From an uncultured bacterium (GTDB taxonomy: Bacteria; Bacillota_I; Bacilli_A; RF39; UBA660): a DNA stretch of 64,000 nt. Position numbers and translations under genes: made by a program. How positions within the stretch are numbered: position 1 is the stretch's first letter; each line of letters begins with the position of its first letter. Shown here piece by piece: positions 46,449-55,377 of the stretch. Where the stretch lies: assembly GCA_945935525.1 (NCBI GenBank), contig CAMERI010000005.1, positions 33,649 to 97,648 of the forward strand, given 5' to 3'. The notes under the pieces were generated by a model that made no database searches, had not been told where the DNA came from, and worked only from the letters and a program-made list of their open reading frames with translations.

Positions 46449-46859
46449 ATGAAATTAACAAGAACTGAAGCTAGAGAAAAGATAATGGTTATCTTATATC
46501 AAATAGATTTTTATAGAAAAGAAAAGATAGAATATAATTTAGAAGATGTATTTCATGAAAATTTAGAGATGGATAACAAATATGTTAAAGATATAGTAAA
46601 TGGTGTTTTAGAAAATCAAGAAAAGATAGATGAGACAATTACTAAATACTTAGATAATTGGGATTTAGATAGACTTGGTAAAACAGATAGAGCTATTTTA
46701 AGACTTAGTACATATGAAATGATGTATTATGATACTCCTAAAGTAGTTGTTATTAATGAGGCTGTTGAACTTGCTAAAAAGTATAGTGATGATAAAGTAG
46801 TTAAATTAATAAATGCTGTTTTAGATAAGATTCGTGATAATGAGGAAATAAATGAATAA
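46449..46859 (+). CDS. nusB: transcription antitermination factor NusB
   Basis: TRTEAREKIMVILYQIDF...DRLGKTDRAILRLSTYEM...VVINEAVELAKKYSD. Start follows a GGAGG RBS. Confidence 0.9.
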   Translation: MKLTRTEAREKIMVILYQIDFYRKEKIEYNLEDVFHENLEMDNKYVKDIVNGVLENQEKIDETITKYLDNWDLDRLGKTDRAILRLSTYEMMYYDTPKVVVINEAVELAKKYSDDKVVKLINAVLDKIRDNEEINE

Positions 46860-48180
46860 AGAATATATTTCTATTAGTGATATTAATAGAATTATTAAGT
46901 TTACGATTGATAATAATGAAAGTCTCCGTAGTGTATATATTAAGGGTGAAATAAGTAATATTAAGTTTCATAGTAGAGGACACTTGTATTTTTCACTTAA
47001 GGATGAGAATAGTAAGATAAATGCTGTTATGTTTAACTATAATAGATATTTGAATTTTATTCCCAAGGACGGAGATTCTGTTTTAGTACATGGTAAAGTT
47101 AGTGTGTATGAAGCTACTGGTAGTTATCAAATATATGTAGATGAGATGAATGAAGATGGTCTTGGTAACTTATATCAACTATTTGAAGAGTTAAAGAAGA
47201 AGTTATCAAATGAAGGGCTTTTTAATCCTGAGCATAAAAAGAAGATAAATAGATTACCTCGTAAGATTGGTATTATTACTGCGCCTACTGGGGCTGCTAT
47301 TCGTGATATAATATCTACTATTAATAAAAGATATCCTTTGGTAGAAATATATGTGTTTCCAACACTTGTACAAGGAGATAATGCAGGTAAAAATATAGTA
47401 CGTATGATAGAACTTGCTAATACTTATCCCTTAGACACAATTATACTTGGTCGTGGTGGTGGCTCTATAGAAGATTTATGGTCTTTTAATGAAGAAATAG
47501 TAGCAAGAGCAATATATAAGTCAGAGATACCTATAATAAGTGGTGTAGGTCATGAAATAGATTTTACAATAAGTGACTTTGTAGCAGACTTAAGAGCACC
47601 GACACCAACTGGTGCCGCTATAATGGCAACTAGTGATAAAGAAGATATAATTAAGTATTTAAAGAGTACCCGTGAGAGAGTAAATAATGCTATACAAAAT
47701 AGATTATATTCATATAATGAGTTAATTAAGAAATATAAAAGTAACTATATACTTAATAATCCAATGAGACTATATGATATAAAAGAACAAAAGTTAGATA
47801 TGCTATATGATAGACTTAATGGAAGTATTAAAGTTAAACTTGATAATAGCCTTAAATTAATTGATAAATATAAGAGTAATTATATACTTAATAATCCTAG
47901 AGTTTTATATGAAAATAAAGTTGATAAACTTAAGAGTCTTAGTGAAGATGTTAGTTCTAGTATTAAAAGAGTTATTGAAAATAATACTAAGAGACTTGAC
48001 ACATTAAAAATAAAACTTGAACTATTAAATCCTAAGAATGTACTTAATAAAGGATACTCAATAATATATAAAGATGGTAAGATAGTGAAGAATACTAAAG
48101 ATATAAGTGTTAGTGATGAATTAAACGTTATAATTAGTGATGGTAATATAGATGTAACAGTTAAAGGAGTAAATAAATGA
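46852..48180 (+). CDS. xseA: exodeoxyribonuclease VII large subunit
   Basis: OB-fold N-terminus (VYIKGEISNIKFHSRGHLYFSLKD), GIITAPTGAAIRDI, GRGGGSIEDLW, and the coiled-coil C-terminus. Confidence 0.95.
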   Translation: MNKEYISISDINRIIKFTIDNNESLRSVYIKGEISNIKFHSRGHLYFSLKDENSKINAVMFNYNRYLNFIPKDGDSVLVHGKVSVYEATGSYQIYVDEMNEDGLGNLYQLFEELKKKLSNEGLFNPEHKKKINRLPRKIGIITAPTGAAIRDIISTINKRYPLVEIYVFPTLVQGDNAGKNIVRMIELANTYPLDTIILGRGGGSIEDLWSFNEEIVARAIYKSEIPIISGVGHEIDFTISDFVADLRAPTPTGAAIMATSDKEDIIKYLKSTRERVNNAIQNRLYSYNELIKKYKSNYILNNPMRLYDIKEQKLDMLYDRLNGSIKVKLDNSLKLIDKYKSNYILNNPRVLYENKVDKLKSLSEDVSSSIKRVIENNTKRLDTLKIKLELLNPKNVLNKGYSIIYKDGKIVKNTKDISVSDELNVIISDGNIDVTVKGVNK

Positions 48181-48398
48181 AAGAAAAGACATTTGAACAA
48201 TCAATAAAAGAACTAGAAAAAATTGTTAATGAACTTGAAAGTGGAGAACTTGATTTAGATAAATCAATTACTAAATATACTGAAGCTATGAAATTAATAG
48301 AATTTTGTGAGACTAAACTTAATAATGCTACTGAAACTATTAATAAATTAGTTAATGAAAATGGTACTGAAAGTAAGTTTGAAGTAGAAGAAAATTAG
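48177..48398 (+). CDS. xseB: exodeoxyribonuclease VII small subunit
   Basis: TFEQSIKELEKIVNELESGELDLDKSITKYTEAMKL. Confidence 0.9.
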   Translation: MKEKTFEQSIKELEKIVNELESGELDLDKSITKYTEAMKLIEFCETKLNNATETINKLVNENGTESKFEVEEN

Positions 48399-48470
48399 TA
48401 ATTATTTCCATAGAAATAAGTGGTTATATAATAAAAATATAAAAGTAAATAATAATAAAGAGGTGAAATA

Positions 48471-49448
48471 GTGAAAAAATTTATATTCACGTTATTTATT
48501 ATTTTTTTATTTCCATTAGGTACGTTTGCTTATTCTAAATACATTATTCCAGGGGGAGAAAGTATTGGAATAAAGATAAATACTGATGGACTTATAGTAG
48601 TAGGCTTTTATAAAGTAAATGGTGAATATATAGCTAAAAATAACTTTAAAATAGGAGATAAAATAATAAGTGTTAATGATAATAAAGTAAATACTATTGA
48701 AGAGTTGTCTCATGAAGTAGATAAAAGTGATTTAAGTCAAATGAAAGTAAGCGTTCAAATAGATAGAAATGGTAGAAAAATAAATAATATATTAAATCTT
48801 AAAGTAGAAGATGGTATATATAAAACAGGTCTTTATGTTAAAGATTCTTTAGTAGGACTTGGTACTCTTAGTTATATAGATCCAGTTAGTAAAATATATG
48901 GAGCTTTAGGACATGAAGTAACTATGAATGAAACAGGTAGTAGAATAGATGTTAGGAATGGTAATATACTTTATAGTAAAGTTATTGGTATAGATAAAAG
49001 TAGAAATGGTAGAGTTGGTAGTAAAGATGCTAAAATAGTGTTTAATAAAGTACTTGGTAGTATAACTAAAAATACTAATAAAGGAATATATGGTATATAT
49101 AGTGATAGTCTTCCTAATAAAGAAACTATTGAAGTAAGTAGTTTTAGTGATATAGAAAAGGGTAGTGCTTATATACTTACTGTTACTAAAGATAATAAAA
49201 TAGAAAAATATAATATAAATATAATAGATAAATATTATAATAAAAAAGATACTCAGAAAGCATTTAGTTTTGAAATAATTGATAAAAATCTTATAAGTAA
49301 GACAGGTGGTATAGTACAAGGAATGAGTGGTTCACCTATAATACAAAATAATAAGATTATAGGGGCAGTTACTAATGTACTTGTAGAGAATGTAACATTA
49401 GGATATGGAATATCCATAATAACAATGCTTGAAGAAGGAGAAAGTTAG
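48471..49448 (+). CDS. spoIVB: SpoIVB-type S55 serine peptidase
   Basis: PDZ-like segment (IGDKIISVND), GTLSYIDPVSKIYGALGHEV, GGIVQGMSGSPIIQNNKIIGAVTNV. GTG start after a GAGGTGA RBS. Confidence 0.85.
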   Translation: MKKFIFTLFIIFLFPLGTFAYSKYIIPGGESIGIKINTDGLIVVGFYKVNGEYIAKNNFKIGDKIISVNDNKVNTIEELSHEVDKSDLSQMKVSVQIDRNGRKINNILNLKVEDGIYKTGLYVKDSLVGLGTLSYIDPVSKIYGALGHEVTMNETGSRIDVRNGNILYSKVIGIDKSRNGRVGSKDAKIVFNKVLGSITKNTNKGIYGIYSDSLPNKETIEVSSFSDIEKGSAYILTVTKDNKIEKYNINIIDKYYNKKDTQKAFSFEIIDKNLISKTGGIVQGMSGSPIIQNNKIIGAVTNVLVENVTLGYGISIITMLEEGES

Positions 49449-49469
49449 TACTAAAAATAGTACTTTTTT
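49447..49469 (+). terminator. rho-independent terminator after spoIVB
   Basis: AGTACTA-AAAA-TAGTACT followed by TTTTT. Confidence 0.7.
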
Positions 49470-49531
49470 CATATATTTTTGTATACTTAATATAAATTTG
49501 TGTTATAATATTGGTCTAATTAGAGGGAATT

Positions 49532-50422
49532 ATGATACATAATGAAAAATTTACAATTAGTAGTAGTAAGTTAGATAGAGATTATACTATATGTTCTTTA
49601 GCTGATATTCATAATAATAAATGGGCTACTTTTGAACTATGGGATAAACTTATTGAAGAAGTTGATAAGACTAGTCCAGATATTATACTAGTATCTGGAG
49701 ATTTAACATATACTGCTGATGACTTTTATATTCCTAAGAATGATAGGATGCTTAGATATTTATTTTGTAATTTAGATTCTATTGCTGAAACTTTTATATG
49801 TCTTGGTAATCATGAGTTAAAGTGTGGTAAAAAATATAGTGATTATGATTCAATTGAATATTTAAAAAGGCTTGATAAGTTAACTGGTGTTCATATATTA
49901 GATAGAAGAGTTGGAGAAGAATATATAGATATTGGTAATATGAGAATAGGCGGTTTTTGTCCTAGAAGTATGGCATATTATAAATCTAAAGAAAGTATGT
50001 GGGAAGAATATTTTATTGAAGACTATATGAAGAGTTTATTAGAGTTTACTGATAAACAGTTTAATATATTACTTACTCATTCACCTGATACTATAAGTAA
50101 AAAAGAAGTTTTAACTATTTTAAGAAATAAACTTAAAGAACTAGACTTAATAGTATGTGGACATAAACATGATGGGTATATGCCTAAAATAATACAAGGC
50201 ATTTTAGATGATACTGGAATAGATGTTAGTGATGGTAAAAGAGTAACTGATTATATAGTTACCAAAACTGATAAATGTAGAGGAGAATTTGATGTTTTAA
50301 ATGCTAAAATGATAGTTAATAGAGGATATAGAAAATTCTCTCATACAAGTCCTATATTTGGTATGTTAGATAAGATTTTTCCTAGAGATATGGCTACAAT
50401 AACTTTAAAGAAGAAATTGTAG
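49532..50422 (+). CDS. calcineurin-like metallophosphoesterase
   Basis: SLADIHNN, VSGDLTY, LGNHE, THSPD, GHKHDG. Confidence 0.75.
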   Translation: MIHNEKFTISSSKLDRDYTICSLADIHNNKWATFELWDKLIEEVDKTSPDIILVSGDLTYTADDFYIPKNDRMLRYLFCNLDSIAETFICLGNHELKCGKKYSDYDSIEYLKRLDKLTGVHILDRRVGEEYIDIGNMRIGGFCPRSMAYYKSKESMWEEYFIEDYMKSLLEFTDKQFNILLTHSPDTISKKEVLTILRNKLKELDLIVCGHKHDGYMPKIIQGILDDTGIDVSDGKRVTDYIVTKTDKCRGEFDVLNAKMIVNRGYRKFSHTSPIFGMLDKIFPRDMATITLKKKL

Positions 50423-50482
50423 TCTTTTTTATTGTACGAAATTCAAATTTATGTTAAAATTTATATATACTAGGAGGCTATT

Positions 50483-50752
50483 ATGAACAATACTAATAAT
50501 AAATTAAAAGTAACTATTGAAGATGGAACTACTGTAGATGTTAATGTTCTTGATATAGTAGATTCTTTAGAATTTAATAAAACATTTATTATTTATACTA
50601 TTAATAATGAAGAAGATACTATTTTTTCATCAATATTGAATGAGACAGAAACAACTTTTTCATTAGATACTATTACTGATCAAAAAGAAATAGATTTTAT
50701 TAATAATGAAATAGACAAAGTAGTTAGTGAACTTAGTGAGTCAGGTGAGTAG
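50483..50752 (+). CDS. DUF1292-like small acidic protein
   Basis: The size and the pattern (VTIEDGTTVDVNVLDIVD...TFIIYT...) resemble the DUF1292 protein at 58059. Confidence 0.5.
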   Translation: MNNTNNKLKVTIEDGTTVDVNVLDIVDSLEFNKTFIIYTINNEEDTIFSSILNETETTFSLDTITDQKEIDFINNEIDKVVSELSESGE

Positions 50753-50754
50753 TT

Positions 50755-51738
50755 ATGACTATTAGAGATGCAATGAGAAGTGGAAGACTTCCAAGAGTAG
50801 GAATAGATTTTATAATAAAAATATGTAATTCTCTTAGTATTCCAGCAAAAGATTTGGAATTTGAACTAACTGATGAACAACTAAAAAGATTACAGTTTAA
50901 TCCCAATATACATAAAAAAGCTGTTGGTAATGAAGTAAAAGAAGCTCATTATGAATTAACTGAAAAGTATAGAAAGTTAATAGATAAGTATCAAAATTTA
51001 TCTTATTATATGGGAAAAAGTGGATACTTAGATGATCCTAAGAAAGAAATAGATGGGATAATTAAGGATCTTGAAAAGGCTGAACTTAGTTATTCTGATG
51101 TTATTAGAGGTATATCTATTGGTGGACAAAATTTAGGATTTGATTCTAGAGTACTAAATCCAGTTGATTCTGTTAGGATGGGTATTAGTAATAAAGGTAT
51201 AGAGAGAACCGGAGATAAACTATCTAGTCAATATGAAAAGTTAGAAGAATTACGTTCTAAAGATTTTAGATCTAAATTCAAAATGAAAAAGAATGAAAAA
51301 CGTATAAATAAAGTATGTGCTAGAATTAGTAAACTTCAAGCAAAGCAAGGTAAGATGCAAGCAACTCAAAAGAAAATTGTTAATAAGGGTTCAGCAAAGT
51401 ATGCTAAAAAGAAAATGCGTGAGATGGAAAAATTCTATGCTGACTATAATAGATATCGTGTTTATGGTGATATGAAAGCATCACTTAAGCAATCAAGAGA
51501 AGATTATGAACATGATATTAATCAAACAAAAGCTGAACTTGCTGCCTTAGAAGGTAAGGTAGGCTTAGTAAATGGTGCTAAAAAGGTAAAAACTGCTGCT
51601 GAACTTGCTGTTATGAATGCTAATTTAAAACTATTTGGTATTCAAGAAAAGGCAGTTGAAAGATTAAGAACTAAACAAGGTAGATGTAAACTTGGAGAAC
51701 AATATTATAGAACTATTGCTAGGTCATTGGCTGCATAA
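50755..51738 (+). CDS. hypothetical Lys-rich coiled-coil protein
   Basis: The start is 2 nt after the upstream stop. Long heptad-like basic regions. No recognisable family. Confidence 0.5.
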   Translation: MTIRDAMRSGRLPRVGIDFIIKICNSLSIPAKDLEFELTDEQLKRLQFNPNIHKKAVGNEVKEAHYELTEKYRKLIDKYQNLSYYMGKSGYLDDPKKEIDGIIKDLEKAELSYSDVIRGISIGGQNLGFDSRVLNPVDSVRMGISNKGIERTGDKLSSQYEKLEELRSKDFRSKFKMKKNEKRINKVCARISKLQAKQGKMQATQKKIVNKGSAKYAKKKMREMEKFYADYNRYRVYGDMKASLKQSREDYEHDINQTKAELAALEGKVGLVNGAKKVKTAAELAVMNANLKLFGIQEKAVERLRTKQGRCKLGEQYYRTIARSLAA

Positions 51739-51763
51739 ATATGTAATTTGAATATAAAAAAAG

Positions 51764-51792
51764 AATACTTTCGTTTTTGAAAGTATTTTTAT
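51764..51792. terminator. bidirectional terminator between convergent genes
   Basis: AATACTTTC-GTTTTT-GAAAGTATT, flanked by an A-run upstream and a T-run downstream. Confidence 0.7.
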
Positions 51793-53123
51793 ATTCCTAA
51801 AAGATGAGTTGCTATTTGAAAATAAACTATTAATGAAATTGCATCTACTATTGTTGTTATGAATGGACTTGCCATTACTGCTGGGTCAAAACCTATCTTT
51901 TTAGCTAGTATTGGTAGGGAACATCCTATTATTTTGGCAATTATTACCGTTACTACTAGTGTTAAACATACTACTAATGCTACACTTGTTGTTACTTTAT
52001 CTATAAGAAGTAGTTTGGCAAAGTTTGCTATTGCTAGTGTTAGTCCTGCTAGAACGGCCACTCTTATTTCTTTCCATATGACTTTTAATGTATCTTTGTA
52101 TTCTATATCATTTAATGAAAGACCACGAATTATTGTAACTGATGATTGTCCTCCGGCATTTCCTCCTGTATCCATAAGCATAGGTATGAATGAAGTTAAA
52201 ACTACATAAGAAGCTAATGCTGCTTCATAGTGTTGAATTATTTTACCTGTAAATGTTGCTGATATCATAAGAAGTAATAACCAAGGTATTCTACTTTTAT
52301 AAAGTTCTAAAACATTTAGTTTTAAATATGGTTTTTCAGTTGGAGTGATTGCTGCCATCTTTTCAATATCTTCTGTAGTTTCTGCTTCGATAATATCAAT
52401 AACATCATCAATTGTAATAATTCCAACTAGTTTGTTTTCGGTGTCTACTACTGGAATAGAAGTAAGGTCATAATCTTGTATGATAGATGCTACTTCTTCT
52501 TGATCCATTAGAGTATTAACACTCATTATGTCATCATCCATAATATCTTTTATAAGTTTTTCTTCATCATTTAAAACTAAGTCTTTTAGTTTAACTGTTC
52601 CGATTAATTTTCTTGATTTATCAGTTACAAAACATATATCAATAGTTTCTTTATCATCATATTCTCTTTTAATTTTTCTTATGGCTTCTTCTATAGTGTT
52701 TTCTTCTTTTAAATCCATATATTCTGTAGTCATGATACTACCAGCAGAATCATCTGGGTAATTTAGAAGCTGATTTATATCACGTCTTGCTTCAGGATCT
52801 ACTTTATTTAATAGTCTACTTACTACATTAGCAGGTATTTCATCCATTAAGTCAGCAGCATCATCACTTGCCATATCATTTATAATTTCTACTGCTTCTT
52901 TTTCACTTAATAGAGTGATTAGCTTACTTTGAGTATCTGTTTCCATATATGAAAATACATCTGCTGCTATGTCTTTTGTTAATAATCTAAATATTTTTAA
53001 TTGTTCAGTGGTCGGTAAGTCTTCAAATATCTCAGCTATATCATAGTCATTCATCTCATTTAAGATTTTTTTGATTTCAGCATATTTTTTTTCTTCAATT
53101 AAGTTTTCAATATTTTTTAACAT
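51789..53123 (-). CDS. mgtE: magnesium transporter MgtE
   Basis: MgtE N-domain, tandem CBS domains, and the C-terminal TM domain with DTGGNAGGQS and PFITTIVD. Start at 53123 (AAAGGTGG RBS). Confidence 0.95.
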   Translation of the reverse strand: MLKNIENLIEEKKYAEIKKILNEMNDYDIAEIFEDLPTTEQLKIFRLLTKDIAADVFSYMETDTQSKLITLLSEKEAVEIINDMASDDAADLMDEIPANVVSRLLNKVDPEARRDINQLLNYPDDSAGSIMTTEYMDLKEENTIEEAIRKIKREYDDKETIDICFVTDKSRKLIGTVKLKDLVLNDEEKLIKDIMDDDIMSVNTLMDQEEVASIIQDYDLTSIPVVDTENKLVGIITIDDVIDIIEAETTEDIEKMAAITPTEKPYLKLNVLELYKSRIPWLLLLMISATFTGKIIQHYEAALASYVVLTSFIPMLMDTGGNAGGQSSVTIIRGLSLNDIEYKDTLKVIWKEIRVAVLAGLTLAIANFAKLLLIDKVTTSVALVVCLTLVVTVIIAKIIGCSLPILAKKIGFDPAVMASPFITTIVDAISLIVYFQIATHLLGI

Positions 53124-53276
53124 AATAAACACCACCTTTTTTTCTTGATAATTATACTATAATTGTATTAAATTGTCACTTAAATGTCATTAAAATATGT
53201 AAAAAGAGTTAAAAATATATAAAAATTATTGTTTTTTTAGTATAATAATTGTTAGTTGCAAGAAAGAGGAAGATTT

Positions 53277-53993
53277 ATGAAAAATGATATACCAAATCAT
53301 GTGGCTATCATAATGGATGGAAATGGAAGATGGGCTACAAGACAAGGAAAAAAAAGAACTGAAGGACATTATGCAGGATATAAGACTCTTAAGAAGACTG
53401 CTCTTCATATATTAAGTAAAGGTGTTAAGATACTTAGTGTTTTTGCATTTTCTACTGAGAATTTTAAAAGAAGTCAAGAAGAAGTAGGATATTTAATGAA
53501 TTTATTTGTATCAGCTTTTAAGAGTGATATGCATTTCTTTTTAGATAATAATATTAGAGTTGTTTTTTCAGGTAGAAAAGAACCACTTAGTGATGAAGTT
53601 TATGGTGTTATGAAGACTCTTGAAAAAGAAACTTTAAATTGTACTGGTGGAATATTTAATGTATGTTTAAATTATGGTGGCCAATTTGAAATAGTTGATG
53701 CTGCTAAAAAGCTCGCTACTATGTATAGAGATGGAGAAGTTAATTTAGATGATGTTACTCCGGAAAACTTCTATAGTTATTTATATAATGATTTACCTCC
53801 AGTGGATTTAATGATTAGAACTAGTGGAGAACTTAGAATAAGTAATTTTATGTTATATAGTATTGCTTATGCTGAGTTATATTTTACTGATAAGTGTTTT
53901 CCAGACTTTACTGAGGAAGAATTTGATAAAGCTCTTGAATCATATTTCAATAGAAATATTTCAAAGGGTGCAGTTAATGATAGAAAGAAATAA
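53277..53993 (+). CDS. uppS: isoprenyl transferase (undecaprenyl diphosphate synthase)
   Basis: HVAIIMDGNGRWA, FAFSTENFKR, IRTSGELRISNFMLYSIAYAELYF. Confidence 0.95.
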   Translation: MKNDIPNHVAIIMDGNGRWATRQGKKRTEGHYAGYKTLKKTALHILSKGVKILSVFAFSTENFKRSQEEVGYLMNLFVSAFKSDMHFFLDNNIRVVFSGRKEPLSDEVYGVMKTLEKETLNCTGGIFNVCLNYGGQFEIVDAAKKLATMYRDGEVNLDDVTPENFYSYLYNDLPPVDLMIRTSGELRISNFMLYSIAYAELYFTDKCFPDFTEEEFDKALESYFNRNISKGAVNDRKK

Positions 53994-54342
53994 TTTTATA
54001 ATTTTTTAAAAAATATTGTTGTAACATAATATTTAATTTATTATTACATGTATGTATTAATTACTTGCCATGTTAATATGATAATTTAGACGATAACGTA
54101 TATTTCTTAGGCAAGAAGAAATATACATGATGCGGAGATATATCTTTTAGGAGGTATGTCTCTTTTTTTGGAAAAAAATTCAAAAATGAAGTGTTTTTGA
54201 ATTTTATGGTTAACTATAATAATATGGGGATAAATAGTATTAAAAAAACGTTAAAAAAGAAGAAACTTTAACGAAATGCCGTTGCGCCTTTATGCGTGAT
54301 GTGGTGGTATATCTTTAAGATGTGATGTTTCTTTTCTATAAA

Positions 54343-54369
54343 TTTGCGGTCAAAACTTTTGACCGCAAA
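54343..54369. repeat. perfect 13 bp-arm palindrome
   Basis: TTTGCGGTCAAAA-C-TTTTGACCGCAAA, 36 bp upstream of the ORF6N-like gene. Confidence 0.8.
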
Positions 54370-54404
54370 ATGATAAGACTTTAATTCTAGAAAGGATTTA
54401 TAAG

Positions 54405-55271
54405 ATGAATGAAATTAATAATAGCATAAATATTGAAAATTTAATTTATGAACTTAGAGGTAAACAAGTTATGCTAGATTCTGATCTAGCAAGGTTATAT
54501 GAATGTAAAAATGGAACTAAAGAAGTAAATCAGGCTGTAAAAAATAATATTGAAAATTTTCTGAGAGATATTGCTTTCAATTAAATAATGAAGAGGTTAA
54601 TGTTTTGCAAACGAAAATATTGACTGCAAAGCTTAGTACAAAGTCTAGAATTAATCCTAGAGTTTTTACTGAACAAGGTGTATACATGTTAGCAACTGTA
54701 TTAAAAAGTAAGAGAGCTTCTGCTATGGCATTATATATTATGGATGCTTTTGTCCTCATGAAAAAAGTTATTTCTACAGAATATGTTAATAATAGTATTC
54801 TTGTTAATCACGAAAATAGAATTTTAAAATTAGAAGAATCTTTTGAAAAAATTTCTTCTAATAAATCTTCTATTGTTTATGATGGGAAAATATATGATTC
54901 TTATTCATTATTACTAAATATATTTAATGAGGCAAATGATGAAATAATAATCATTGATAATTTTGCTAATAAAAAGTTATTCGATACTCTTAGAAGTATA
55001 AATAAGAAAATTAAGATTTTTTCAAAGAATTTGGATGAAATTTTGATAAAAAAATATAATGAACAATATTCAAATATTAATTTTTTTCATTGTAATTTAT
55101 TTCATGATAGATATATTATTCTTGATAGGAAATTTGTTTATATAAGTGGGATGTCTCTAAAAGATATTGGAAAAAAAATATAGTTATATATATAAAATGA
55201 ATGAAAAATTGTTTGTTGATGAATTAATATTAAAAGTGGTGAAGTTGATAGAGATGAATGATAAGATTTAA
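54405..55271 (+). pseudogene. ORF6N (KilA-N-like) domain protein, disrupted by two frameshifts
   Basis: LRGKQVMLDSDLARLYECKNGTKEVNQAVKNNIENF continues in another frame as SERYCFQLNNEE...RVFTEQGVYMLATVLKS; the shift is at the A4T4 run at about 54554-54560. A second shift at the A8 run (55171-55178) restores the expected tail GKK-YSYIYKMNEK... Confidence 0.7.
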
Positions 55272-55377
55272 AGATTACAAATGTAAAAACCTTTTAAAAT
55301 AGTTAATAATAGGAACGAAACAATAAAAGCGTATTTAAAAATTTTGAAGAGAAATAAAAAAATAGTACCATTTGATA

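Noticed and set aside
50755-51738. An IF2_N-like or Rho_N-like N-terminal helix-hairpin in the 327-aa coiled-coil protein (IDFIIKICNSLSIPAKDLEFELTDEQLKRL).
   Set aside because: The resemblance covers about 30 residues and rests on memory only, which is not enough for a functional call.
53124-53276. An M-box (ykoK) magnesium riboswitch upstream of mgtE.
   Set aside because: The intergenic region is only about 150 nt and is shared with the divergent uppS promoter. It is extremely AT-rich and lacks the GC-containing M-box helices, so it is too short for the roughly 170 nt aptamer plus expression platform.
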